NCBI GenBank assembly: GCA_030669205.1
Contig: DAOVEB010000001.1
Location: 1-35,613 of the forward strand
Length of the DNA: 35,613 nt
Origin: Candidatus Parvarchaeota archaeon
Lineage (GTDB): Archaea > Nanobdellota > Nanobdellia > JAFCGN01 > DAOVEB01
Reading direction: 5' to 3'
This document shows, in pieces, positions 16,864 to 26,118 of this stretch (its first letter is position 1; each line of letters starts with the position of its first letter). Under the pieces are notes generated by a model, which ran no database searches, was not told where the DNA came from, and saw only the letters and a list, made by a program, of their open reading frames with translations. A program made the translations under genes and the position numbers.

Positions 16864-19800
16864 GAGAGGAACATTGTGGTTCTAAATCCATATGAGACAC
16901 CAGAAGTTGGTGGGGGGTGGACGGTCCGCTTCGCAACCAACGGCACCGGACTTCTGAAAATCACCAACCTGTATCCCGACGACGTCGAGTTCAACTCTAT
17001 CTACAGCGCAGAGGTGTACGCAGATGTCAGCGGGGAGTGGAAGAAACTTGAGCCGCTGGTGTCTGGCAACACGCTCTACATCTTCTGGAACTACAACTAC
17101 GGAAAGGTCGTCTACCGCGTCTGGAAGAGGGGCTCGCACGAGCTGAGGTTTGAGTTCGGAAACACTGCCCACGCGTACAACGCAGCAGGCCAAGGAACCC
17201 AGAGGGAGTTCGTGCTGAACCTCACAGACCCCATCTTTCTCTACGAGCAAACCCATCTGAACACATCTGACGAGGGTGGATTCCGCTTCTCAGGCTCTGA
17301 AACGAGATACAGTGGTGTCTCACTCCCCAACAATATCACACTCATCTATGCTTACTTAAACATAACAGGTAGTATAACACCAACCAAAACTTCGTCACCA
17401 GGGGAGATCTATGACATAAAGATAGTAGATATACTGACCGACGCCCTAGAGGATGGAAATGAAACGGTTGTAGCTATCGGAGGGGGTGGAAACTACTACA
17501 CAAAGGTCCTTAACAACTCTTTTTATGAAAAAAAATCGTTCACTGCTGGAGACACAGTAAATGCAATCGACATTGCTAACATTGATCCAGACTTGCCAGG
17601 TTTGGAGGTTGTGGTAGGCTCGGACGACTACAGCGTCTACCTTCTGAACTACTCCTTAGTTGAAATATGGAGCAAGTCATCAAGCTATGTTATCAATGAC
17701 GTGGCCGCAGGTGAGTTAAACAGCACCTATAATGGACAGGAGATAGTTGCTGGATACGGTGGTGACAAGGTCACTGTTTTCAATATGACTGGCCAGACCG
17801 TTTGGACTATACAACCAGGTGGGGCTACAAAAACGGTTGCAGTTGGCGATGTTAACGACAGTGCAGGCAATGAGGTAGTTATTGGTTCTATCAACCACAC
17901 TATCATCTATGACTCGAAAGGTTCCCAATTATGGAACGAAAGCATACCCTCAGGCTTGATAAACGCCATTGACGTAGAAAACATATCTGGCGGCGCTTAC
18001 GAAGAGATAGTACTTGTTGACTCCCTTGGTTATCTGAGGCACCTAAACTCCTCAAGAAAATGGTGGAACACATATGTAGGCGGTAACTTGCTCTCTGTTG
18101 CTGCAGGAGAGATAGACAGCAGTTCTGACGGTCTGGAGATTGTTGTCGGTACAGACAATGGAGAGGTGAAGGCTTTCAATTCAACAGGGGGTTATTTGTG
18201 GGAGTACTCGGTTGGCACAACCAGAGAAGTTAAAGGGATTGATATAGGAAACTTTACAACCGAGGCAGGACAGGAAGTGGTTGTTGGTGTGAGGTTGGGC
18301 TCAGGTGACAACGTATACTCATTTAATTTTGACAACTTCCCCACAGAGTCCTACATAGAGATTGGCGGGGACCTCTCATCAGAGTGGGACTGGGTCAACG
18401 GGAGCAAGTTCAGGGGTAATGGTGAGATAACCAACGGGAGTATGTGGGGGAACATCTCTGACTACATGGACACGTGCGACGCCTGGCTCTGTGACGTCCC
18501 GTTCACAGCGAACTCAACATATGCAGGCGAGTTCGACTTTGACCTAAACGTGACGTACGACTACAACTTGAGCAGTGTTGTGAAAATGGAGTTGGTGAAT
18601 GTTTGGTCAAGGACATACGAGGTGAAAGTGAACGAGACAATGGGAAACCAGAGCTACAACATTTCATTCGAGATGAACCCGCAGGAAAGCCTGCTGGTCC
18701 AGCACGTCGTTCTGAACGAGACAGCGACCCTCTGCCACTTCAACAACACTGTTTATAACATGAGCGCGTCTGGTTGCGACGTGGCGGACTTCATAGTAAC
18801 GCCGACCAGCAGTCTGCCGCCATCGGCCTTGTACTGGGACAACAACATGTCGCGCACAATGCCGGTTGTGATAAATATGAGCGAGAACTTCTACGCCGCA
18901 CCATGGAAGCACAAAAACATAACAGTGAGGAACGACACAACACACGGACCAAACATCATATTCTACAACGTGACAGCAAATCTCAGTTTCGCCGGCCAGG
19001 GTTTCGCGAGTCCTATAACCTTCTCAGTTGACTGGTGGTCGAACGGCACCTTCTGGAACATAACTCCCTCAACGCTCACCGAAACTTGTAACACCACCTC
19101 ACCAACGTATGAGAGCAGGGTGCTTGGCGGCGAGACCTTCTTCATCTGCGGCCAAGACACAGATGGGGACGCGCAGCTGGATTACATAAAGTGGAAGCAA
19201 CCGCACACCTTCTTCAACGACTCGTCGCAAATAGATTACATGCTCAACGGAACCGGCAACACTCCACCGGTCTACTGGGTTGATAGTGTGGATGTCACAC
19301 CCTCCACTGACATCTGGGGCCATGTCTTCAACTTCTCAATCACTTTCAACGACAGCGAGGAGGACCCGGTGAACGCGACGCTCTACACTTGCACACCACT
19401 AACAGGATGCCTCGCAAACGAAACGCTCAACTCAACTTCAACAACAAACTACACCTTTGTGTGGAACATCACGTCCTGGAACGACTGGGTGAACAGCACA
19501 GCAAACAACTACTTCTACTTCGAGTTCAAGGACCCATACATAGGCTGGAACAGCACGGAGAACTTCTACGGTCCGGCTGTGGTCAGGAGGGACGCCATCC
19601 TTGAACCAATCACGAACGAAACAGTTGTGAACAGGACGGGCACAAACACAACCTATTTTCTCTTCAGGGTATACGACCCGAATGCAACGGACTATGTCGG
19701 CTCAGGCATAAGCTGTCTGGTGAACGTCACAGAAAACGGCTCCAACTATGACGATGGTAACCTTGATGTCACCAACCCATCCGGGGACTGCAACATAACC

Positions 19801-22800
19801 TTTGACCCAGACGGAAACTACTCGGTTGGTGTGCAGAAGTTCACAGTCGGGGTATTCAACAGCTCATACTACAACGACAATATCACAGAGATGTATGGCC
19901 TCGAGCTCGAGATATATGGCGACCTTGACGTGTCTCTGTCTGTTGACCCGACAGGCATAGTTGACAGGTGGAACAACAGCGATCGCCATGACTCGAACAT
20001 AACCTGGACGATATCCGGTGTCCAAGACGACAACGGCACAGACGTCTCTGGCTACACCGTCTGGCTCTACTGGCGCAACTCCCTGCTCAACACAACTGAC
20101 CAGAGCCAGGGGTTCATCGACATACCGGATGAAGCCCCACTGGACCAGTCCGACGACTACTTCCAAGTTGTCGTTGGCAAGCAGTACTTCAACAACCATA
20201 CCAACACATCAGCGGATTACCTAGTTGAGGGCAAGCTCAACTTCACGATTCTCACCCCGAACGGGAGCCAGGTTATGAGGACATTAGGAAGCCCAAACAG
20301 GCTAAACCTCACGATAAATGTGACGGACGAGCTCGGGAACAGCGTGGAAGACACCAACCTTGAAATAGTATGGTACATCCCGCCTGACGGTTGCATCAAC
20401 CTCTACAACAGCAGCGGCAACTACACCTGCGAGTTCAACCCTGGTCCAGCAACACTCGGTCTCTACAACTGGAGTGTCTTCGTCAACCGCAGCGACTATG
20501 ACTGGGTCGCGAACCTCACAGACTCGTGGATGCACATAAACGGCACGATGAACTTGACGATAATGACAACAACACCGTTCAACAGGACAGTTGAAAAGAA
20601 CATAGCAGCGAGGATAATGGATGAAGCCAAAAGCACAATAGTCGAGCAGGGGCACAACTGCACATGGTACATAGACGGTGCAGAGGTCGGAACAAGCTCC
20701 ACGAACAGCAGCGGCTACTGTGTCATGAACTGGACAAGCACATGTGGCGACCCCCTCGGCAAGCATACAATAAATGTCTCGATAACAGGGGTGAACAGCA
20801 GCTTCTGGACACCGATCACCGAGAACAAGACCCAGGTGCTCCACCTCATGGACGTATTTTATATCACCATCGACTCGCCAAACAACACCATAGTGCACAG
20901 GGGTGAACCATTTGACCTGAACGCGACTGTCTTTGACTCGTGTGGACCTGCAACTGGCTTCAACCTCACATGGTACAATGAGACCACCAACCTGACAGAT
21001 GGCACAGAGGTGAACAACACATGGACCATACCAGACAACTATAGACTCAACTATACCGAGATAAACACAACCGCAATCGGCGGCAACTACACGACCAATG
21101 CCACGTCCTTCTTCCTCAGGGTCTTTGGCTGGGCCGAGCCAATCTGGATTTCGCCGATGGACAACATAACATTCGGTGTTGAGTACAACCTAACCTGTCT
21201 CATAAGGGATAACACCACTCTCGAATTCATCTCTGGTTACAACGCGTCCTTCTGGCAGAATGAAACAATGCCACCTCCACATTCCGGGATTGACATCTTC
21301 ATAGGAACAGGTACGACAAATTCAACTGGCTACGCCCTAATGAACTGGACTCCGTTACACTACAGCGGCACATACGGCGTCATGTGCAACCTCAGCCATA
21401 ACGAGACCCTCTGGTATAACAACAGTGGTGTGGAAGCCTTAGTAGTCCTGCCTGTCTACGACAACGAACCTCCCAGTATAAATGAGACGCTGATAAGCAA
21501 CAAAACAGTTGAGGCAAACTACGAATACACATTGATATGGGCAAATGTCACAGATGATGTAGACATCGATATGGTCTGGGCAGAGATAGAGAACGACACC
21601 TCTGTTGAAAATATCACTCTCAACTTCAAGAGCGCCCAAATCATAGACGGGCACGTGCAGGAGGTATGGGACTATGAATATTTCCCACCAATCGGAGGAA
21701 TTTACAACGTCACTGTATGGGTCAACGACAGCACGAACCACACAGTATCCCAGTTTGTTGGAAACTTCACTACAATAGGCCACACAACTTCGGACCTGTG
21801 GGTGGCGACAGATGATGTCTACCACGCGGCGGATGAAGTGACCGAATATCCGTACGACCACGACACCTTCTGGCTCGACACGTACGTGAACAACACCGGC
21901 AACGGAACCATGTACAACATGGTGGTAGAGTTCACAGGACCTTCGGGTATCTACTTCAACGAGCAACCGACATACACAACTGACCAGACAAATGTAACAC
22001 CGGGTAGTAGCACAACTCATACCGCGGTCAATGTGAAGACAACAACGTACCCGCCGCTGGGCAACAACACAATAACAATAACCCTCAAGTGGCAGAATGC
22101 GAACCTAACAGACGGAGAAGTCGTGAATACCACATTGGTCGACCTCAAAAACATGACCTACATCGAACTCACAGACCAGGGTGCGGTCATACCTCCAATA
22201 GTGATCGATTATATTCCGAACGGCACATCGAGGATTTCCAAAAATATCACCATAGAGGCCTACGGCACAACAGAACTCTTGGACGTGAACATCACATTCG
22301 GCACCTGTGATATCTCCTCTTGGCTCAACTTTACGCCGTTCTGGGACATCTCGTACATCGGGAAAAATGAGCAGAACGCTACCGGCCTCAACGTCACAGT
22401 GCCTGCAGGCGAGTCGCCAGCCATAAGGACATGTGAGATAATATTCAATGCAACCGGCTCGGCAGAGGTCTGCGGAGGTCCGGGAGAGAGATGTGACAGG
22501 CAGTTCACATACGAACTCCATATAGTATCAGAGGAGTGGAATGTGACGCCTTTGCTTCTGAACAAGACCGTTGGTCAGAACTCGTTCGGCGCGATTGGAA
22601 CCATAAACGTAACCAACAGGGGAAACAACATACTGAGTTTCAATATGTCTGTCTTTGGCGCGGGTGGGAATGTCACAGCACATAACCTCACCACGAACGA
22701 CGAAATCAGCAACTTTACAGTGGGCCCCTTTGAAAGTGTGCCAGTACTTGCCCGATGGAATGCAACAGGCGCGGAGCCAGAGAATCACACAGCCGAGATT

Positions 22801-25800
22801 GTCTTTGACATCAACGACCCACTGAGAATCCCACAGCAGGAAAATGTAACCGTCTTCCTAAATGTAACAGACGTAACATTCAACATAGTTTGGCCGCATC
22901 ACTCCAGTCCAAAAACAAACGTAACAGAAGATGACGTAATAAACATCATAGTTGATGCTCAACTGGGCGGAACACCAATCGGAACGGGTGAAATAGAGTG
23001 GAGTGTGAGTGTCGGCGGTGAGTTAGTTGGAAGTATGGTTGAAGGGAGCGTGCAGTGTAATGTCATAAACGCTGTCTTCAACTCAATTGGCGATTACATG
23101 TGGAACCTGAACTGCACAGCCCCTCACATAGAAGGCAATGTCATAGACAACATGCTCTTTGTTGAAGGCAACATAACAGCGCAGAGCATAGTGACCAACG
23201 ACTATGAGCTGGACGCGGTTGTCTATAGGGACGTGACTGCCCCAAGGTTCACCGACATAAACAGCTCGTGTGTGCAACCAGGGGAGACATTCATACTCCA
23301 CTTCAACGTCACTGACAATACAGGAATAGCCAATGTCACTGCCACATTCCAGTATGAGGATAACGCGCCAACAAACATAACCGCAAACCTCTCCTATGAG
23401 GGAAACAATAGGTGGAACTGCACGCTTTACGGTCTCACTTCAGTAGGCGACTACTGGATAAACGTAACCGCAGTTGACACCAGCTCCTACCAACACAGGA
23501 ACAACACAGTTGTCTGGTTCGACGTCTTCAACCCAGTATACTTCGACGGCACCATGAAGGACCCATTGGATAACAACGTAACAGCGGTTTTCAACTTCTA
23601 TGTCCCATCATACAAGAGTAAGAATGGCGCTGTGCTTGCCCACACCTTCAACACATCACAGAGTGCGGAGTTCAACAGAACATTGCACAAGAGGGCATAC
23701 GACCTCGAAATCCTGGCGTTCAACCACACACTCGACTATTTCAACCTGAGCACAGACGTCCCGGACAGTAACATAAGTGACTATATAACTCTGGACAACC
23801 TCGATGCCAGCTCAATAAATGTTGACCCAGACATCACATACTACAGTGTCATAGGGGTCTACGTTGGAAATCTTCTCTCCTACAAATCAGCCGCAATCAG
23901 AATCAACTTCACAACAGCCACACCTTACGTAACCCATTATGGGCTGGGTGACTTCTACCCTACCAGGTTCAGGGTCTACAGGTGCGACAACTGGAACTTT
24001 TCATCTGTCTCGTGCAGCGGGTCGTGGACAAGCGCTGGTGGAATGGTTGACAACAACCCAGCATCACCCTACTACGAAACAGTCTATCTCACAACAACAT
24101 CGACCTCTGCCTTCGGCCTCATACAATGCGAAAGGGATGACTGTGCCGGACCGCCTGAACCACCAGGTCCTGGTCCAGGTCCTAGTCCAAGTTATCCCCC
24201 AAGCACAACAACCGTGTGCGGCAACGGCATCTGCGAAACCGGTGAAAACTCCGAGAACTGCCCGCAGGACTGTGGGGAGGCCGCACTCCAACTTGGTGCT
24301 GAGACAACGCTGTCCGAGGTGTACATGAAACCAGGCGAGAACAGGACCTTTACACTCACCATAAGCAACACACACACCTCAACAAAGAGCGTCTATGTGG
24401 CGATATCCGGAGAGATAATGAATTACATAAAACTCGGTGAGACCTTTCTCAACATACCCGGACAGTCGTCAAGGACGATTCAGATGGTGGCAACCATACC
24501 TATGGAAGCCGAACCAGGGGCCTATACAGGAGACATAATTATAACCTCTGAAGGCAGGAGCAGGCAGGTTCCGGTCACGCTGATAATCAGCTTGGAGGGC
24601 GCGACGTCCCTCCAGCTCGCGCTCAACGCGCTGACCAAGCAGGTCTCTCCTGGGGAAACGTTCAAGTTCAACCTCATAATATACGACCTGGGTCTTGTGA
24701 AGGTCGTTCCAGTCAACCTGACATACAACGTGAAGGACGTGGCAACTGAGAGCATCACTGCCCAGGTTGAGAAGAGCATGGTCGTCGAGTCCACCCAATC
24801 ACTGATAGAATCGATGGATATACCTGAAAACGCGTCGCTCGGCAACTACTTGATAGAAGTCGTTGCCGTGTATTCAAACAAAACCGTGTCAGCAATCGAC
24901 CAGTTCGAGATAGTGTTGCCATTTTGGACACCTGAGCGCATAGGCATTGCCCTAATATTCATCATAGCGATCAGTGGCACGATGCTGGCGTACTACGGCA
25001 GAAAGAGATATATGGAGTGGAAGTTTGAGCGGGCCAAGTATATCTTCCCAATCAGTTACAGGGCGCTGCCGATGAAGAAAGAGAACTCAATCTGGCTGGG
25101 TAAGATTGCTGAGACAAACAGGAAGGCGTGGTTCTATCCAGACCTGATGACTACACACGTGCTGGTAAGTGGCTCGACTGGAAGCGGCAAAAGCGTGGCA
25201 GCATCCATAATAGCAGAGGAAGTCCTCGAAAAGAAAATACCAGTCATAGTCTTTGACCCAACAGCCCAGTGGACAGGGTTTGTGAAACCATGCACAGACA
25301 AAAAGATGAAGGAGAACTACATTTCCTTTGGGCTTGGTGAGAACGATGCGAGGCCCTACAAAGGAATGATATTTGAGGTCGATGACCCTAACACCTACAT
25401 CGACATAAAAGAGTACATGAACCCTGGAGAGATAACTATATTCACGCTGAACAAACTAAAACCAGGCGAATACGACACTGCTGTATGGAACATCGTTGAC
25501 TCAATCTTCTCGATAAGTTGGGAAGAATCAACCGAACTTAAGATGATAGTCGTCTTTGATGAGGTCCACAGGCTGCTTGAGAAGTATGGCGGTCGTGGGG
25601 GTTATGTCGCCCTTGAGAAGGCGGCTCGTGAGTTCCGTAAGTGGGGTATTGGACTGGTGATGGTCTCCCAGGTGTCAAGTGACTTCAAGGAGGCAATCCA
25701 AGGCAACGTTTTGACAGAGGTACAGATGAGTACCAAATCGATGACAGACATAAAGAGGATAGAAAGCAAGTTTGGTCCTGATTTCGCCAAGCGCATATCG

Positions 25801-26118
25801 CGTGAAGCCGTAGGCGTCGGCATGCTCCAAAATCCAAAGTTCAACCGTGGAAAGCCTTACTTCATAGAGTTCAGACCAACAAAACATTTCCCACACAAGC
25901 TGCCTGACAAGGAGCTGGAGATGTACAAAGATTTCACCGCCAGGCTGGAGGTTGTGGAAGAGCTCATCTCACAGAAAAAGAGAAAAAGAGAGGACGTTAT
26001 GGACTATCTACTGGAGCTCAAGCTTGCGAAGGAGAAGCTCCATAGCGGAAGGTTCAGGATGGCAAAGATATACCTTGACTCGCTTGAGCAGAAACTTGGT
26101 GTAAAAGATGCCAGTTGA
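16798..26118 (+). CDS. Giant (3,106 aa) type I membrane surface protein with a cytoplasmic HerA/FtsK-type P-loop ATPase domain
   Basis: Uninterrupted 9,321-nt ORF. Contains a signal peptide, FG-GAP-like propeller, sequon-rich Ig-like tract, Pro hinge with Cys module, CARDB-like domains, one TM helix, Walker A GSTGSGKS, Walker B VVFDEVH, and GIGLVMVSQ. Confidence 0.95.
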   Translation: MLKEISAAMLLLLLLPLAPLFGERNIVVLNPYETPEVGGGWTVRFATNGTGLLKITNLYPDDVEFNSIYSAEVYADVSGEWKKLEPLVSGNTLYIFWNYNYGKVVYRVWKRGSHELRFEFGNTAHAYNAAGQGTQREFVLNLTDPIFLYEQTHLNTSDEGGFRFSGSETRYSGVSLPNNITLIYAYLNITGSITPTKTSSPGEIYDIKIVDILTDALEDGNETVVAIGGGGNYYTKVLNNSFYEKKSFTAGDTVNAIDIANIDPDLPGLEVVVGSDDYSVYLLNYSLVEIWSKSSSYVINDVAAGELNSTYNGQEIVAGYGGDKVTVFNMTGQTVWTIQPGGATKTVAVGDVNDSAGNEVVIGSINHTIIYDSKGSQLWNESIPSGLINAIDVENISGGAYEEIVLVDSLGYLRHLNSSRKWWNTYVGGNLLSVAAGEIDSSSDGLEIVVGTDNGEVKAFNSTGGYLWEYSVGTTREVKGIDIGNFTTEAGQEVVVGVRLGSGDNVYSFNFDNFPTESYIEIGGDLSSEWDWVNGSKFRGNGEITNGSMWGNISDYMDTCDAWLCDVPFTANSTYAGEFDFDLNVTYDYNLSSVVKMELVNVWSRTYEVKVNETMGNQSYNISFEMNPQESLLVQHVVLNETATLCHFNNTVYNMSASGCDVADFIVTPTSSLPPSALYWDNNMSRTMPVVINMSENFYAAPWKHKNITVRNDTTHGPNIIFYNVTANLSFAGQGFASPITFSVDWWSNGTFWNITPSTLTETCNTTSPTYESRVLGGETFFICGQDTDGDAQLDYIKWKQPHTFFNDSSQIDYMLNGTGNTPPVYWVDSVDVTPSTDIWGHVFNFSITFNDSEEDPVNATLYTCTPLTGCLANETLNSTSTTNYTFVWNITSWNDWVNSTANNYFYFEFKDPYIGWNSTENFYGPAVVRRDAILEPITNETVVNRTGTNTTYFLFRVYDPNATDYVGSGISCLVNVTENGSNYDDGNLDVTNPSGDCNITFDPDGNYSVGVQKFTVGVFNSSYYNDNITEMYGLELEIYGDLDVSLSVDPTGIVDRWNNSDRHDSNITWTISGVQDDNGTDVSGYTVWLYWRNSLLNTTDQSQGFIDIPDEAPLDQSDDYFQVVVGKQYFNNHTNTSADYLVEGKLNFTILTPNGSQVMRTLGSPNRLNLTINVTDELGNSVEDTNLEIVWYIPPDGCINLYNSSGNYTCEFNPGPATLGLYNWSVFVNRSDYDWVANLTDSWMHINGTMNLTIMTTTPFNRTVEKNIAARIMDEAKSTIVEQGHNCTWYIDGAEVGTSSTNSSGYCVMNWTSTCGDPLGKHTINVSITGVNSSFWTPITENKTQVLHLMDVFYITIDSPNNTIVHRGEPFDLNATVFDSCGPATGFNLTWYNETTNLTDGTEVNNTWTIPDNYRLNYTEINTTAIGGNYTTNATSFFLRVFGWAEPIWISPMDNITFGVEYNLTCLIRDNTTLEFISGYNASFWQNETMPPPHSGIDIFIGTGTTNSTGYALMNWTPLHYSGTYGVMCNLSHNETLWYNNSGVEALVVLPVYDNEPPSINETLISNKTVEANYEYTLIWANVTDDVDIDMVWAEIENDTSVENITLNFKSAQIIDGHVQEVWDYEYFPPIGGIYNVTVWVNDSTNHTVSQFVGNFTTIGHTTSDLWVATDDVYHAADEVTEYPYDHDTFWLDTYVNNTGNGTMYNMVVEFTGPSGIYFNEQPTYTTDQTNVTPGSSTTHTAVNVKTTTYPPLGNNTITITLKWQNANLTDGEVVNTTLVDLKNMTYIELTDQGAVIPPIVIDYIPNGTSRISKNITIEAYGTTELLDVNITFGTCDISSWLNFTPFWDISYIGKNEQNATGLNVTVPAGESPAIRTCEIIFNATGSAEVCGGPGERCDRQFTYELHIVSEEWNVTPLLLNKTVGQNSFGAIGTINVTNRGNNILSFNMSVFGAGGNVTAHNLTTNDEISNFTVGPFESVPVLARWNATGAEPENHTAEIVFDINDPLRIPQQENVTVFLNVTDVTFNIVWPHHSSPKTNVTEDDVINIIVDAQLGGTPIGTGEIEWSVSVGGELVGSMVEGSVQCNVINAVFNSIGDYMWNLNCTAPHIEGNVIDNMLFVEGNITAQSIVTNDYELDAVVYRDVTAPRFTDINSSCVQPGETFILHFNVTDNTGIANVTATFQYEDNAPTNITANLSYEGNNRWNCTLYGLTSVGDYWINVTAVDTSSYQHRNNTVVWFDVFNPVYFDGTMKDPLDNNVTAVFNFYVPSYKSKNGAVLAHTFNTSQSAEFNRTLHKRAYDLEILAFNHTLDYFNLSTDVPDSNISDYITLDNLDASSINVDPDITYYSVIGVYVGNLLSYKSAAIRINFTTATPYVTHYGLGDFYPTRFRVYRCDNWNFSSVSCSGSWTSAGGMVDNNPASPYYETVYLTTTSTSAFGLIQCERDDCAGPPEPPGPGPGPSPSYPPSTTTVCGNGICETGENSENCPQDCGEAALQLGAETTLSEVYMKPGENRTFTLTISNTHTSTKSVYVAISGEIMNYIKLGETFLNIPGQSSRTIQMVATIPMEAEPGAYTGDIIITSEGRSRQVPVTLIISLEGATSLQLALNALTKQVSPGETFKFNLIIYDLGLVKVVPVNLTYNVKDVATESITAQVEKSMVVESTQSLIESMDIPENASLGNYLIEVVAVYSNKTVSAIDQFEIVLPFWTPERIGIALIFIIAISGTMLAYYGRKRYMEWKFERAKYIFPISYRALPMKKENSIWLGKIAETNRKAWFYPDLMTTHVLVSGSTGSGKSVAASIIAEEVLEKKIPVIVFDPTAQWTGFVKPCTDKKMKENYISFGLGENDARPYKGMIFEVDDPNTYIDIKEYMNPGEITIFTLNKLKPGEYDTAVWNIVDSIFSISWEESTELKMIVVFDEVHRLLEKYGGRGGYVALEKAAREFRKWGIGLVMVSQVSSDFKEAIQGNVLTEVQMSTKSMTDIKRIESKFGPDFAKRISREAVGVGMLQNPKFNRGKPYFIEFRPTKHFPHKLPDKELEMYKDFTARLEVVEELISQKKRKREDVMDYLLELKLAKEKLHSGRFRMAKIYLDSLEQKLGVKDAS
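17401..18336 (+). other. Seven-blade FG-GAP/PQQ-like beta-propeller region (aa ~202-513)
   Basis: Seven repeats of the pattern [D/G-x-acidic loop]-E-[IV]-V-[VA]-G followed by a strand ending in W or N. Examples: GNETVVAIGGGG, GLEVVVGSDD, GQEIVAGYGG, VAVGDVNDSAGNEVVIGS, YEEIVLVDS, DGLEIVVGTDNG, GQEVVVGVRLG. Confidence 0.65.
18337..24147 (+). other. About 1,900-aa beta-rich tract of repeated Ig-like modules, saturated with N-x-S/T sequons
   Basis: Recurrent module ends such as SGYCVMNWTSTCGDPLGKHTINVSITG, TGYALMNWTPLHYSGTYGVMCNLS and GNYTCEFNPGPATLGLYNWSVFV resemble bacterial Ig-like (Big/invasin-type) domains. Module boundaries not resolved by eye. Confidence 0.55.
24148..24273 (+). other. 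Proline-rich hinge (GPPEPPGPGPGPSPSYPPS) followed by four-Cys module CGNGICETGENSENCPQDC
   Basis: Read directly from the translation (aa 2451-2492). Confidence 0.8.
24280..24912 (+). other. Two membrane-proximal CARDB/COG1361-like beta-sandwich domains
   Basis: VYMKPGENRTFTLTISNTHTSTKSVYVAISGE...PGAYTGDIIITSEGRSRQVPVTLIIS and VSPGETFKFNLIIYDLG...LGNYLIEVVAVYSNKT have the same pattern as the 2014-3108 and 30465-31478 proteins. Confidence 0.55.
24940..24999 (+). other. Single transmembrane helix of the giant protein (aa 2715-2734)
   Basis: IGIALIFIIAISGTMLAYYG followed by RKRYMEWKFERAK (positive-inside). Confidence 0.85.
25075..25917 (+). other. Cytoplasmic HerA/FtsK-superfamily (DUF87/COG0433-like) ATPase domain
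   Basis: THVLVSGSTGSGKSVAASIIAEEVLEKKIPVIVFDPTAQW (Walker A at 25171-25194), KMIVVFDEVHRLL (Walker B at 25543-25569), and AAREFRKWGIGLVMVSQVSSDF (the HerA-type RK.G.GL...SQ motif). Confidence 0.75.

Noticed and set aside
17716-24845. Numerous antisense and off-frame ORFs inside the giant gene, for example 20302-20898 (-), 21439-22020 (-), 22105-22521 (-) and 23939-24328 (+).
   Set aside because: They lie entirely within a 9.3-kb ORF with coherent domain structure. Their translations are low-complexity, Cys/His/Arg/Val-rich, and have no motifs. The AAC/ACC/GTG-rich codon usage of the sense strand naturally suppresses antisense stops.
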